This document shows positions 25,461-38,289 of a stretch of DNA of 64,000 nucleotides, piece by piece. The notes under the pieces were generated by a model. That model searched no databases and was not told where the DNA came from. It worked only from the letters and a program-made list of their open reading frames with translations. A program made the translations under genes and the position numbers. Source of the stretch: Octopus bimaculoides (lineage: Eukaryota); contig NC_068981.1 in NCBI RefSeq assembly GCF_001194135.2, positions 31,269,812 through 31,333,811 on the forward strand, written 5' to 3'. How positions within the stretch are numbered: the stretch's first letter is position 1; every line of letters starts with the position of its first letter.

Positions 25461-25620
25461 CAGGATTATTTCAGTTTCCGTCAGCCAAATCCACTCACAA
25501 TGCTTTGGTCGGCCCGATGCTATAGTAGAAGATATTTGCTAAAGATGCCACGCAGTGTGACTGAACCAGGAATCATGTGGTTGGTAAGTATGCTACTTAC
25601 CACACAGCCACTCCTGCGTC
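25206..25620 (-). mobile_element. SINE family A copy with a small internal deletion
   Basis: Family tail, (CA)n(TA)n core and head CACACAGCCACTCCTGCGTC. Confidence 0.85.
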
Positions 25621-26031
25621 TATGTTGTTCATTTTAATTTTATATAAACGCATTGGCCAATCGCTAAATCATCCAATTATTTGGATGACGAAAAGATAGA
25701 TACTAATGAAGAAGCGAGTCCGGAAAGAACCGAAGCCGAGCAGGATTAATTGATGAGGCGACGAAACTTAAGCATTCTCGGTCAGCACTCTTCGGACGAT
25801 TATGGTCCATGCTAATTTATACGCTTTCATTCCTGTGCGCTAACTACAACGTTAATGCGTTTTAGCTCTTAATTTTAGCAATGTAGATGATTTTTAACGA
25901 CCTAGTCGCATTTGGTGACAATTGTAATTCTCCTTTTTGATGAAACATTGCAAACCGTTGGTCATATTAATTTTATATATATGACAATATTTTAGGTAAG
26001 AGTAACCTTAACGTATTTGTTAAGCAGAATT

Positions 26032-26266
26032 AGCGTGAGGTTAGCAGAAACGTTAGCACGCCGGGCGAAATGCTTAGCGGTATTTCGTCTGCCGCTACGT
26101 TCTGAGTTCAAATTCCGCCGAGATCGACTTTGCCTTTCATCCTTTCGGGGTCGATTAAATAAGTACCAGTTACGCACTGGGGTCGATATAATCGACCTAA
26201 TCCGTTTGTCTGTCCTTGTTTGTCCCCTCTGTATGTAGCCCCTTGTGGCTAGTAAAGAAATAAGAA
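26032..26266 (+). mobile_element. tRNA-derived SINE, family B, well preserved (long tail)
   Basis: A-box-like TAGCAGAAACGTTAG and B-box-like GAGTTCAAATTCC; body GACTTTGCCTTTCATCCTTTCGGGGTCGAT...AAGTACCAG; tail ...AGTAAAGAAATAAGAA. Homologous copies near 1163, 3600, 8131, 37956, 47240, 48165 and 54130. Confidence 0.85.
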
Positions 26267-26685
26267 TTAGCATGAGGGTGCGTAACGCTGCTGGACCAAA
26301 CGTTAGAAATTTATATACATTCAATCCATACTTCTGGCCTCCAAGCAATGAACATCTACCCACAAGGTTTGGACCCAACTGGTCCCTCATTTCCATATAT
26401 GTTCGTGCATTTATGTACGATTTTGTAATAAACAGATGCGGCGTTCATTTCACATTTTGTGAACACTGATGCTAAGCTGTATCGGCTCTTGCTTTTTCAC
26501 ATCAAATAACATAGGTGAAAGAGAGAGAAGAGATTTGCGTAGGTGGAAAATCACTGGCCTTCTAATATAAAATTTTTTACCTAATACTTTGCATTGGAGG
26601 GTTAAATTGCAGACGCAGATCGTTGATTTCACAGTACATAATACACACTCTCACCGGTATGATCTATCTATCTATCTATCGATCA

Positions 26686-26721
<36 letters not shown>

Positions 26722-26738
26722 GTCTGTCTGTCTGTCTA

Positions 26739-26775
<37 letters not shown>

Positions 26776-26865
26776 ATGTATGTATGTCTGTCTGTCTATC
26801 TGTCAACATATAAATGTACATATGCATACAATACACACACATACACGCACACAAATATATATATA

Positions 26866-27750
26866 CGGAGGCAATTTCAAAAGTAAGGTTTCCAAAGCGC
26901 TAGAGACGCAGGGAAAGTATACGTGCGGTTATTGGCAACACTGTTGTGTTTTTTGTGCATGCGCCTGCCCCTATGCACGCCTCACTGCCACGCTCAGTCT
27001 TGGCTTGGCAGTCGTATCTGATGGAGTTCCTGATTGACTCTACCGCCAAGTGTAAAGTCCGAGCAGTTATTCTGTTTTTGAACGCAAAAGGGATTAAACC
27101 AATTGAAATTCATTGTCAATTAACGGAAGTGTACGGTGAGTTGTGCATGGATGTCAAAAACGTCTGCAAGTGGTGCAGGGAATTTGCAACTGGTCTTACT
27201 GAAAGAAAGAAGAAAGAAGCGGGCGACCATCAATTTCCGACGAGACAGTCGTGAAGGTTGAGCAAATTCTGCGTGAAAATCAGCGGATCACTCTGGATGA
27301 TCTCCGCATTTTGATTCCTGAGCTTCCCCGAAGCACCATTCATAGGGTTTTGAGTGAAAAGTTGCAATATCGGAAAGTGAAGGCAAGATAGATCCCAAGA
27401 ATACTCTCAGAAGAGCATAAACGGCAACCCACCTTATACTCTGGACTTGACACCCAGTAACTACCACTTTTTACCTAAGATGAAATAACATTTGGCCAGA
27501 ATGTGCTTCAGCAACGACGACGAGGTGACAGATGAGGTTTGAACGCTTCCTCATCAACATGACGTTGAGCTGGTATGACATGGGCATACAAAAACTTACC
27601 CAGCGCCTACAAAATACATCGACCGAAATGGCGATTATGTAGAAAAATAGATAAATGTTGAAACTTTAAAATGATGTAAACATCATTGATCATGAGCGTT
27701 TCTGTGATTTTAAAATATTTTTGGAGGCCTTACTTTTAGGATTTCCCTCG
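26866..27750 (+). mobile_element. Internally deleted mariner (DD34D-type) transposon with both TIRs
   Basis: TA|CGGAGGCAATTTCAAAAGTAAGGTTTCCAAA at left and its inverted counterpart TTGGAGGCCTTACTTTTAGGATTTCCCTCG|TA at right. N-terminal HTH MEFLIDSTAKCKVRAVILFLNAKGIKPIEIHCQLTEVYGE...KWCREF, a degenerate WVPR-type linker, then a jump near 27428 straight to a YSPDL-like motif and C-terminus ...DRNGDYVEK*. Catalytic core deleted. Confidence 0.9.
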
Positions 27751-28342
27751 TATATATACTGATGAATGTGCATGCATGATCCCTGTTAATACGTCACAAT
27801 ATGTATAGTTATTGAGAATAGAAAAATTGGCCGACTTAGCGAATATTAAGGCCAATGGGGGAAAAGAAATCGTTTATGGAGATGTGTAGGAGTATAGGAT
27901 ATGAATAGAAGCGTAAGTATGTGGTTTGCTTCGTTCCCTTAGTCTTACGCGTCCGGAGTTTATCGGGGTCCTTATGTCGTTTAGGCTGAGAGCAACTAAC
28001 GGCCCTAACGGGACGGCAGTCTGCCACATGCATAACCCCATAGGTGCTACTGTACACATTTTCCACTGAGTGTACTAGAGCAACGTGAAATGAAGTACAA
28101 TGAATCGTTTCTCCAAAGCAACGATCAATATTCTTACACGTTATCGACTTGGCCACAGGTTTTCACAGCATAAATATAAATGATTAATAAAATAAATTTA
28201 TGTGTAAATAAATTCATTCGTAAATTTGTTGGTTAACTATCTATGAGAGTAAAATTATATATATATACATATATATATATATANNNNNNNNNNNNNNNNN
28301 NNNNNNNNNNNNNNNNNNNNNNNNNNNNNNNNATATATATAT

Positions 28343-28870
28343 GGTGATTGTCTGCTCTTGTACTTACACCTTAGATCCATCACGGCGTCTGATATGGGTT
28401 TTTAAACCAGATTACGTATTGAAAAGATACCCACGTAGATTGTTTTAGACCACCAATCCTGCAGTTAAGTTCTGATCTTTGTGGATCTTAAAATGTATTT
28501 TGAGGCCTCCGTTAGATTTGCAGATTTTATGGCATACACGGCATCGGAAGGTGTGCACAAATATGTAGGCAGAGTAGTTGGTGGGAGTTAGTTCTCCACG
28601 AGTCCGCAAATGAAATTTGAGCCCAGCAAAAGAAATGCATGGTCGGTCACAAATTGTGCACACAAAAAGATCACTGAGATTCATCTTCTTTAAATCTCTC
28701 TTTAAGCTCGTATTAGCCATCCTCAAATGCTTTCACTCCACTCCACACTTTTGTTCGCCATCCAGTTCGATCCGAAGCAAGGGTATCTAGGGCCTTTAGA
28801 TCCATTCCAAGTGAATTCGTGGGGTGTGCTTTCATGCGCCATTCAAACAATATAGCCAGATCATCTCATT
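28343..28870 (-). mobile_element. 3' fragment of an RTE-type LINE with two C-terminal C2H2 zinc fingers
   Basis: Minus translation DLKALDTLASDRTGWRTKVWSGVKAFED (RTE post-RT motif), then CTICDRPCISFAGLKFHLRTR and CRVCHKICKSNGGLKIHFKIH (C-x2-C-x12-H-x3-H), stop at 28445, a short 3' UTR and a (TA)n tail. Confidence 0.7.
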
Positions 28871-30506
28871 TAATTTTTCAGAACCATTGATTCAATTGAA
28901 GTGATGCATGCAGACGCAAAGAAATCTGTGTCTGGAGTTAAAAAAAAATCCCCATTTAATGTCTTTGCGTCTGCAAGCATCATTTCAATTAAATATATAT
29001 ANNNNNNNNNNNNNNNNNNNNNNNNNNNNNNNNNNNNNNNNNNNNNNNNNNNNNNNNNNNNNNNNNNNNNNNNNNNNNNNNNNNNNNNNNNNNNNNNNNN
29101 NNNNNNNNNNNNNNNNNNNNNNNNNNNNNNNNNNNNNNNNNNNNNNNNNNNNNNNNNNNNNNNNNNNNNNNNNNNNNNNNNNNNNNNNNNNNNNNNNNNN
29201 NNNNNNNNNNNNNNNNNNNNNNNNNNNNNNNNNNNNNNNNNNNNNNNNNNNNNNNNNNNNNNNNNNNNNNNNNNNNNNNNNNNNNNNNNNNNNNNNNNNN
29301 NNNNNNNNNNNNNNNNNNNNNNNNNNNNNNNNNNNNNNNNNNNNNNNNNNNNNNNNNNNNNNNNNNNNNNNNNNNNNNNNNNNNNNNNNNNNNNNNNNNN
29401 NNNNNNNNNNNNNNNNNNNNNNNNNNNNNNNNNNNNNNNNNNNNNNNNNNNNNNNNNNNNNNNNNNNNNNNNNNNNNNNNNNNNNNNNNNNNNNNNNNNN
29501 NNNNNNNNNNNNNNNNNNNNNNNNNNNNNNNNNNNNNNNNNNNNNNNNNNNNNNNNNNNNNNNNNNNNNNNNNNNNNNNNNNNNNNNNNNNNNNNNNNNN
29601 NNNNNNNNNNNNNNNNNNNNNNNNNNNNNNNNNNNNNNNNNNNNNNNNNNNNNNNNNNNNNNNNNNNNNNNNNNNNNNNNNNNNNNNNNNNNNNNNNNNN
29701 NNNNNNNNNNNNNNNNNNNNNNNNNNNNNNNNNNNNNNNNNNNNNNNNNNNNNNNNNNNNNNNNNNNNNNNNNNNNNNNNNNNNNNNNNNNNNNNNNNNN
29801 NNNNNNNNNNNNNNNNNNNNNNNNNNNNNNNNNNNNNNNNTATATATATATATATATATATATTTTATTTACATTATTATGATTGAAAGCCACGCATCTA
29901 TTTCAAAGTAAGTTTATCTACACACACACACAAACACATGCTAAGTAACGAATATAATATTCCGAAGTCATGTGGGAAGGAACGTGACAGTTTTGTCATG
30001 TTTGTGGGTGGATTTAGGTGTGAGTGCGTGAAAGGAGATCTCAAAATAAAATGAAAAATGAAAAGCAGGAATGCTAGTATATCTCCGAATGTGAGTAGAT
30101 TCTTAAATTAGCAAAGAAATACTTACAAATACGGAAAAAATAAAAAAGAATATAAGAAAATGTTTTTGCATGTAGTTTTACTCTGCCACATTGGGGGAAT
30201 CAAAGTCTGAGAAGAATGTTTTGTTGTTTGTGGAGAGTAAGGTGGCATATTGATAACGAAGAGAATTCAGGTAGAGTAGAAAACGATCAATATTAGTTAT
30301 TCAGTGGATAGACAGAGGGTTTATGAGTTAATGAAAAAATCCCAAAGATAGAAAGGTGTGTATTGAAAAATACATAGATAGACAGATTTTGTGCTGGGTT
30401 TTTGTATTCATATGAACATACACAAACACGCACGCACAAACACACAGACACACATATATACATGGGTGGGTCGATAGCTAGGTAGGTGGGTCGATAGCTA
30501 GATATA

Positions 30507-30710
30507 TACTCTTTTAGTCTTTTACTTGTTTCATTCATTTGACTGCGGCCATGCTGGAGCACCGCCCTTAGTCGAGCAAATCGAACCCGGGACTTATTCT
30601 TTGTAAGCCTAGTACTTATTCTATCGGTCTCTTTTTGCCGAACCGCTAAGTGACGGGGACATAAACACACCAGCATCGGTTGTCAAGCAATGCTAGGGGG
30701 ACAAACACAG

Positions 30711-30750
<40 letters not shown>

Positions 30751-31203
30751 NNNNNNNNNNNNNNNNNNNNNNNNNNNNNNNNNNNNNNNNNNNNNNNNNN
30801 NNNNNNNNNNNNNNNNNNNNNNNNNNNNNNNNNNNNNNNNNNNNNNNNNNNNNNNNNNNNNNNNNNNNNNNNNNNNNNNNNNNNNNNNNNNNNNNNNNNN
30901 NNNNNNNNNNNNNNNNNNNNNNNNNNNNNNNNNNNNNNNNNNNNNNNNNNNNNNNNNNNNNNNNNNNNNNNNNNNNNNNNNNNNNNNNNNNNNNNNNNNN
31001 NNNNNNNNNNNNNNNNNNNNNNNNNNNNNNNNNTATATATATTTATATACGACGAGCTTCTTTCAGTTTCCGTCTACCAAATCCACTCACAAGGCTTTGG
31101 TCGGCTCGAGGCTATAGTAGAAGACACTTGCCCAAGATGCCACGCAGTGGGACTGAAGCCGGAACCATGTGGTTGGTAAGCAAGCTACTTACCACACAGC
31201 CAC
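30507..31203 (-). mobile_element. SINE family A copy spanning a 283-N gap
   Basis: Close match to the other copies on both sides of the gap. Confidence 0.87.
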
Positions 31204-33336
31204 TATATATATTTGTATGTATACACATATTTATATATGTTGTTAGTCGTTCATTGACGAAACTATAACCTTTTCCTCTCATTAGTTTTCCTGTGCACAA
31301 TAGCATCAGTGACTTGGAAGTCCTAGCCGAGCGGTTTTTATTCCAGAGATCTTCTTCTCTTAGATTGATTTCCTCCATTGCAGCTAGTAAGCACTATCTA
31401 CTTTTTGACGGACCATGATTTTCATCCTGCAGGTTGTACAAAAGTCACCCTTCTCACCAAACGATCTTAGTGGGGTTGTCAGTTTAGTCACCGATGATCC
31501 GACTATGCTACAGGTTCTACTGGATTACGTGGTACCAGTAGCAAGGGAGAGACAGAGAAAAAGAGAGAGAAAGAGAGAAAGAGAGAAAGAAAGAGAGACA
31601 AAGAAAGAAAGACAACGGGAAAGAGACTGACAGATAGCACTGGAAGATAGACAGATGTGTATGCGATATGAATATATCCATACAGAGGGAGATAAGTAGA
31701 TACGTGGATAGGTAGATAGGCAGAATGGAAAGGTTTCTACAGGTTAGTGGAGACAGACAAACAATGAATGCTTTGCTTAAAATATTGGTGAAGAAATAAG
31801 CAGGTAACGTAAGTGTTATATAATCATATAAGTAAATAGTTTTGTAAGTTTTAATATATGGTTGGATATATTGGTTGATAAGAAGAAACAGATAGAACAG
31901 TTGAGAGGATAATAGGCATATAATTGTATGGTGAGATAGATAATTCAGTAGAGAAGGAGATTGACAGGTAAATGAATGGATGAAAACATAGGTAGAATAA
32001 TTGGTGAATGCTGACAGAATGGTGGATGTAGGTATATGGTTAGGGCTTGAAGGAAAAAAGTTGGCTTCAGTGATATATATGCTCCCAATTATTCTGTTTT
32101 GTGTATGAATAGTCTTCTGTCAATACTTTTCAGTGATATGGTTGGGTTTGAATTGAGGGTGTGCCATCTAAAACTATATGTTTGAGGTCTTCCAATAGAG
32201 GCTTCCGAGATGTTCTCAGCCTCCTGCATTATGATACATCGTCCATAGAAAAAAATTTGCGAGCCTGTGAGTACGTGCATTACCTGATGAATTTATTATT
32301 TGTTCATCTTAGAGGCGCTCGTATTCTTTAGGTCCTAGAAACGCTTAGTGGGGCTGAGTAGTACATTTTAATAGTGTGTTGTTTAAGAGTTGACACTATT
32401 TGTGCATTGTAGTGAAGTGATTTTTGAGTAACTTGAATAATTTACAGGCAATTGATATTGCTTCTTTTATGCTGAAAAGTGGGTAATACTAACAAATATA
32501 ACTTTATCTATATTGATTTATATTTGGAAAAGCCCTAGGTGCAATCTGAATCAGATCTTACTCTAAAACCGCTTCTGGATAGATTGTTACTGTCGTATTT
32601 GCAAGAGCCCTTAAAATGTTGTCATTTGGATGATATAGAGTACAAGACCCAAAGATATATATTAGAAATTAGGGTCTTAATCATATTAATAAGGTGGTTG
32701 GAGTGCTTATGAATGTAGTTTAATGATTAAGGCTGCCTCTTTCAGATACATTTTAACGATTCAAAATAACATGACTTTGCATTGGACGAAATCTTTTTGA
32801 AATTAACATTGGCAGAAAGCTACAAAGCATCAAAGAGGAAAAGAATGGAAATACATGTCAGTTTTTAACTAAAGAGCTTTCTTTACCTTTACCAATGTTG
32901 CTTATTTTAAACAGAAATGAAAGATTTCTGAATTGTGGCTCACCTCATGATTTTCTGTTGTGTAAAGATCCAAGTACTTCTGTGGGAACTTATTAGAAAG
33001 TTTCTTATTGTTGCATAGAATCATTCATAGTAACTATACATAATAAATATCGAATAAACGAAAATTACATCACGGAAAACGATATCTGATTCATGTGCAG
33101 GAGCCATATATTGGTAAGAAGCTTGTAGCAAGCTAAATCTGGAATGCAGATCCGTTTCCTAGTTAAGTCTTGTTTTATTAATTTTGATATCGTTCACTCA
33201 GAATAGGATGAGCAACACCAACTTTCAAATATTCAACTATATCATTGTAGTACTGTCATCGATTCTGTTTCTTTCTCCTCATCCTCACTCTCTGTTTGTT
33301 TCTCTTTTTGTGTCTCTTTTTCTCTCTGTTTGTGTC

Positions 33337-33384
<48 letters not shown>

Positions 33385-33636
33385 TTTCTTTCTTTGGATT
33401 TCGACTGCAATTCTAAGATCCAACATTGACGCATTGGGTGATACTGATTTGGTCCGAGACTGACGTTAAGTGTACGCGTGTTTTGGAATACTCAGCTTCT
33501 TACAAGTCAAAATAGCAGCAGAAAATCAGTTGAACAAACTGCTGAATGCTCATTGTTGAAACCGAGAAAGAATCCGCCATGTGTATACTTGTTGAGAAAG
33601 AGCATAATTCGGTGATAAAAAGGAACCGAGAAGAGA

Positions 33637-33694
<58 letters not shown>

Positions 33695-34784
33695 GAGAGA
33701 AAAAAAATAACTGAAAGCTTTCCTCCACAACTGTTTGTTGACAACAAATATTACAATAATGAATTGGAATATACACTAACATATCGACAAGACAATGAAA
33801 ATCATCATCTCCATCAATATCATCGTAAAGATCAATACTTCGATTGAAGGAATCTTCAAAGCCATGGACGAAATGCTGTAAGATATTTTATGGACGTTCT
33901 TTTCAGTTTGCAATCCTGCTGTAGACGAGTTTGCATTTCATCCTTCCCTCGTCGATAAAATAAAGTAACAACCAACTATGAGAGACGATATAAATGGTGT
34001 TCCCTCTCCAAAATAGATCTGGCCAGAATGTATTATCATTATTATTCATGAATTCAAGGTGATCGGTTGTCACAATCGTTCGAGTGATGGATAAATGCCT
34101 TGCGTTACTTCTTTAATGTCATTACTTCGTAAGTTCTGATATCAAAGAGGTCAACTTAAACTTTTAAACTTCTGCATTCGATATGATCGAACATTCCCAT
34201 TCACCTAAATTTCAGGACTTGTACCTATATTGGAAACAAATATTATTCGGGATTTCACTCATTCTAAATGCAGAGCAAGAAACAGAGAGAGAAAATAAAA
34301 GGAAAAAAACGAAGATATATTTAGTTTGTATGAATCTTTATAGTCGTTATTTACATCTTACATCGTATGGCTTTAATAATGGTTACTACATTTGTATTCA
34401 AAAATGAGAGAAGTCCGATTGAAATTACAAAGATAATAATGGACACGATTCCTCCAAATTACATTAAAAAAAAAGATGACAGCAGTAAGTGTTTACAATG
34501 TGGAACCTCTTGGTTGTTCTTTTTTTTTTTAATTGGTCCCATTTCGTTTAAGGATTGTGTAAGTTTCAGCGACTTGCTTGCTTCTTCTTTTTACATTAGC
34601 CGTTCTTATACGTCATATATATNNNNNNNNNNNNNNNNNNNNNNNNNNNNNNNNNNNNNNNNNNNNNNNNNNNNNNNNNNNNNNNNNNNNNNNNNNNNNN
34701 NNNNNNNNNNNNNNNNNNNNNNNNNNNNNNNNNNNNNNNNNNNNNNNNNNNNNNNNNNNNNNNNNNNNNNNNNNNNNNNNNNNN

Positions 34785-34826
<42 letters not shown>

Positions 34827-35228
34827 ATGTATATATATATATTATATGCGTGTACATATATACATATGAATTATACATATGCGCCTTGTGCATATGTATG
34901 ATACAGTACATATAAGTCTACACGCACATATATATATGCATACATACATATATATATATATAGATATACACATTCATGCATATATATATATACTATATTG
35001 ATATACATATATGTATATAGATTATATATATGCGTCTTGTGTCTGTGTATTACATATATACATATATATATATATATACATATATATACATACATATATA
35101 TACATATATATACATATATATATATACATACATATACATATATATGCATATATATACATACATATATACATACATTATATACATATATATACATACATTA
35201 TATACATTATATATATATATATGTATAC
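34785..35228. repeat. Long imperfect (TA)n/(TATATAC)-type low-complexity tract
   Basis: Read directly; source of several spurious Y/I-rich ORFs. Confidence 0.9.
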
Positions 35229-37187
35229 GCATTTCTCTTTTTCAATTGATAAAAATTTTGGAAAAAAAATTCGCAAGTTGTCGGCGTTGCTTCAGATTGT
35301 TGTTGATGATTTTATATTTATTTTGTCTATCTGCAGCAGCCGACAAAGAATGAAATTGTGTTGTTTCAAATCTGAAGCTTGTGTCAAATATATACAAATG
35401 AGATCAGTTTCTCACACACAATAAAACCTACCATTTATCTTGAGAGGTGTCTATAATGTTTGATGTTATGTGAGAATAGTTTAAGTTTAATTAATTTGTT
35501 AATTAATAATTTTGGCGAAGTACAAGACCTGTCATCACCAGTGAAACGTGCTTCATAAATTGCCAATAATAACTAGCATTTTACTTTTAATATATATTAC
35601 TAGATTTCTTATCTATTGAGAGCGAATGCGAAAATTTTATTGTGTGAAGAAATCATTAAATGGGCAAGTAATAAATAATAATATTAATAATAATTATATT
35701 GGCAATACTAATGCTAAAAACCATGTTGTTGTTATTATCATCATTATTATTATTATTATTATTATTATTGTTATTATTATTATTATTATCATTATTATTA
35801 TTATTATTATTCTTTTATTTGTGGGATTTCATTGATTTACCATAGCTTCAGATTGGAAAATAAAGAAAAATAAAGAAAAAAAGAAAATAGTACAAAATTC
35901 AAATATATGAATGTAATATAGATATATTTATGTTATAATGAACAGTATGTGCAATGGCATTTGTGTTAGCTAAAAAATGATTGAAAGCAAAGCGACATCT
36001 GTTGAAAAAAATACAAATAACTTGGGACAACTCTCGATCACGGTGTAGCATGCCTGACATCAACCGGAGTAAACACGATCACAATGTTTCCTAAAGATTT
36101 GTTGTTTCTTTTTTGTTATTTTTTACTTTAATTTTTTTTTTTGTAAAATGGATGTATTTAATTTGTGGTTTGAGTGTTTTATAGTTTTTTTTAATATATT
36201 CTTTTGTTGGATATATTTCATTTATTTTTATTTTTTCGGATAAAGTACATGTAATTTATCAGCAAAATCATCGGAAAGAGGCTTGACGCCAGGAAATACT
36301 TTCATTTGATGTACAAACTTCCGCTGGTTGTTTTTTTTTTTTTGTTTTTGAAATTTTGATTTTTGCATTTTATTTCTTTAAACTTCAATTTTCAACCATA
36401 TTTAAATTTCATTATTTGTTAATTTCCATTTTAGATATTTTTTTCTTTTTGGGTTTATTTGAGACGAAGGTTGAAAACTTAAAAGATAATTCGTTTAAAA
36501 TGTATTTGGTTATCTTCTTTTTTATTAATATCATTGTCATCATTGATTATCTTTTTCTCTGTTCTTCTTCCTTGTCTCTCCACTGAAATCTCTGACATTT
36601 ACATAGGATATCACTTTTGAATGGAACAAAGATGTCCTCAAAAAAAAAAAAAAAAAAAAAAAGATCGAAGAAAGAAAGAGCGGAGGAAATGAAAAAGGAA
36701 ATGAAAATATAATGGAATGAAACAAAGGAAAAATTTTGAAAACGGAACAAAAATAAAATGCTCAAAATATGTCTGTTGGTTAATTAACACGGGGAAAATG
36801 CCTGGAGGTTTTGAAATATCTTCAAAATTATTAAATGATAAAAGAGACGAGGGTGATGTTGAATAAGGTTGAAAACGAACCAAAACAAATACACAAAATG
36901 GACGTAGAATGCAACGTCTGTTTTCAAATATTATTATCTCCCCCCAAATATGGTTCGTAACAGTTTTTTTTCCTTATGGTAGAACAGGGAAAATTTTAAA
37001 AATATAAAACAAAATTTGGGAAGAAAAAAAAACATGAAAGAATGGAAGATATTTTTTTCTCTCTTTGTGTGTAATTGTTGCAGTTGTTGTTGCTGTCGCT
37101 ACTGCAGTTTTTATTTATATTTTTATGTTTTTATTTCAGTTCAGAAATATTTTAGTCCTTGCCTTATTATTTTTATACAATAGGATC

Positions 37188-37782
37188 TCAGGCAGCAGCC
37201 TTGCAATCTTTGCAGAACAAATACTCACTAAACTGCTGTCCTTCGACCCCACCGCCAGTAGCTGCTATTAGTTTAAAACCCTGATTTAGAAGCCTCTGCA
37301 ATACTTGTACGGAATTTAATTTGCAAAATCCGTTCAAAGGAAATCGAATAACATATCTGTTTTCCATGTTCCAACCTGAATTCCTTGAATCCATTAGAGC
37401 AGAGCTAAGTTCAGGAAACACTTCCTCCAAAAGTGCCCTCTCCGCACTCAATGTGATTCGCTCCCCTAGATCGGGGCTTATGCTGATTGCAATGCAGTCG
37501 CAGTATTCTTTCTCTTCTTTCTTCACTACGATCTTTTGTTTACTTTTTCTATAAAGTTCCACATCTTTTACCATACTCGTGAGGTCGTAATATTTCGCTT
37601 CTTCCCATAACTGTTCAATTTCGTTGAAATTATCAGGTAGTATCAGTTTGGCACTCCTTAGATAATTCAGTATGTGTCGGAACATTTTCCCATCTCTGTC
37701 AATGAAATAGTGCTGCTTCAGACTGTCCAGAACAATAGGTATGCTTCCATTAAACATTCGGGCAAGCTTAGACTCCGGAAAC
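37188..37782 (-). CDS. KCTD15: Terminal coding exon of a KCTD1/KCTD15-like BTB/POZ protein (second half of BTB domain plus C-terminal domain)
   Basis: Translation FPESKLARMFNGSIPIVLDSLKQHYFIDRDGKMFRHILNYLR...SPDLGERITLSAERALLEEVFPE...VIRFPLNGFCKLNSVQVLQRLL..GF...GGGVEGQQFSEYL carries the KCTD1/15 hallmarks PIVLDSLKQHYFIDRDG, PDLGERI, VIRFPLNG, NSVQVL and QFSEY. Minus-strand acceptor tattttcttgtgttgcag|G puts the exon start at 37782 (phase 2); TGA stop at 37188-37190. KCTD1 vs KCTD15 cannot be separated (probable single invertebrate co-ortholog). Confidence 0.95.
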
Positions 37783-37890
37783 CTGCAACACAAGAAAATA
37801 TATAACTGTATAAATAAACCTGTCAAGTAAACATTAATGTAAGATATAATTAAACAATATTTAATAATAACAATTAGATAAACAACTACG

Positions 37891-38289
<399 letters not shown>

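Noticed and set aside
25750-25781. Minimal hammerhead-like TTGATGA-GGCGAC-GAAAC-TTAA-GC
   Set aside because: It lacks both C3 and U16.1 and stem I is poor; too short to separate from chance.
32080-32700. Possible degenerate LINE C-terminus (CRRLRTSRKPLLEDLKHIVLD) on minus
   Set aside because: Only a vague CCHC-like hint with many stops; not supportable without a profile search.
37783-37826. N-terminal MTGLFIQLYIFLCCR of ORF 37188-37826
   Set aside because: It is the intronic polypyrimidine tract and acceptor; KCTD homology begins exactly after the CAG.
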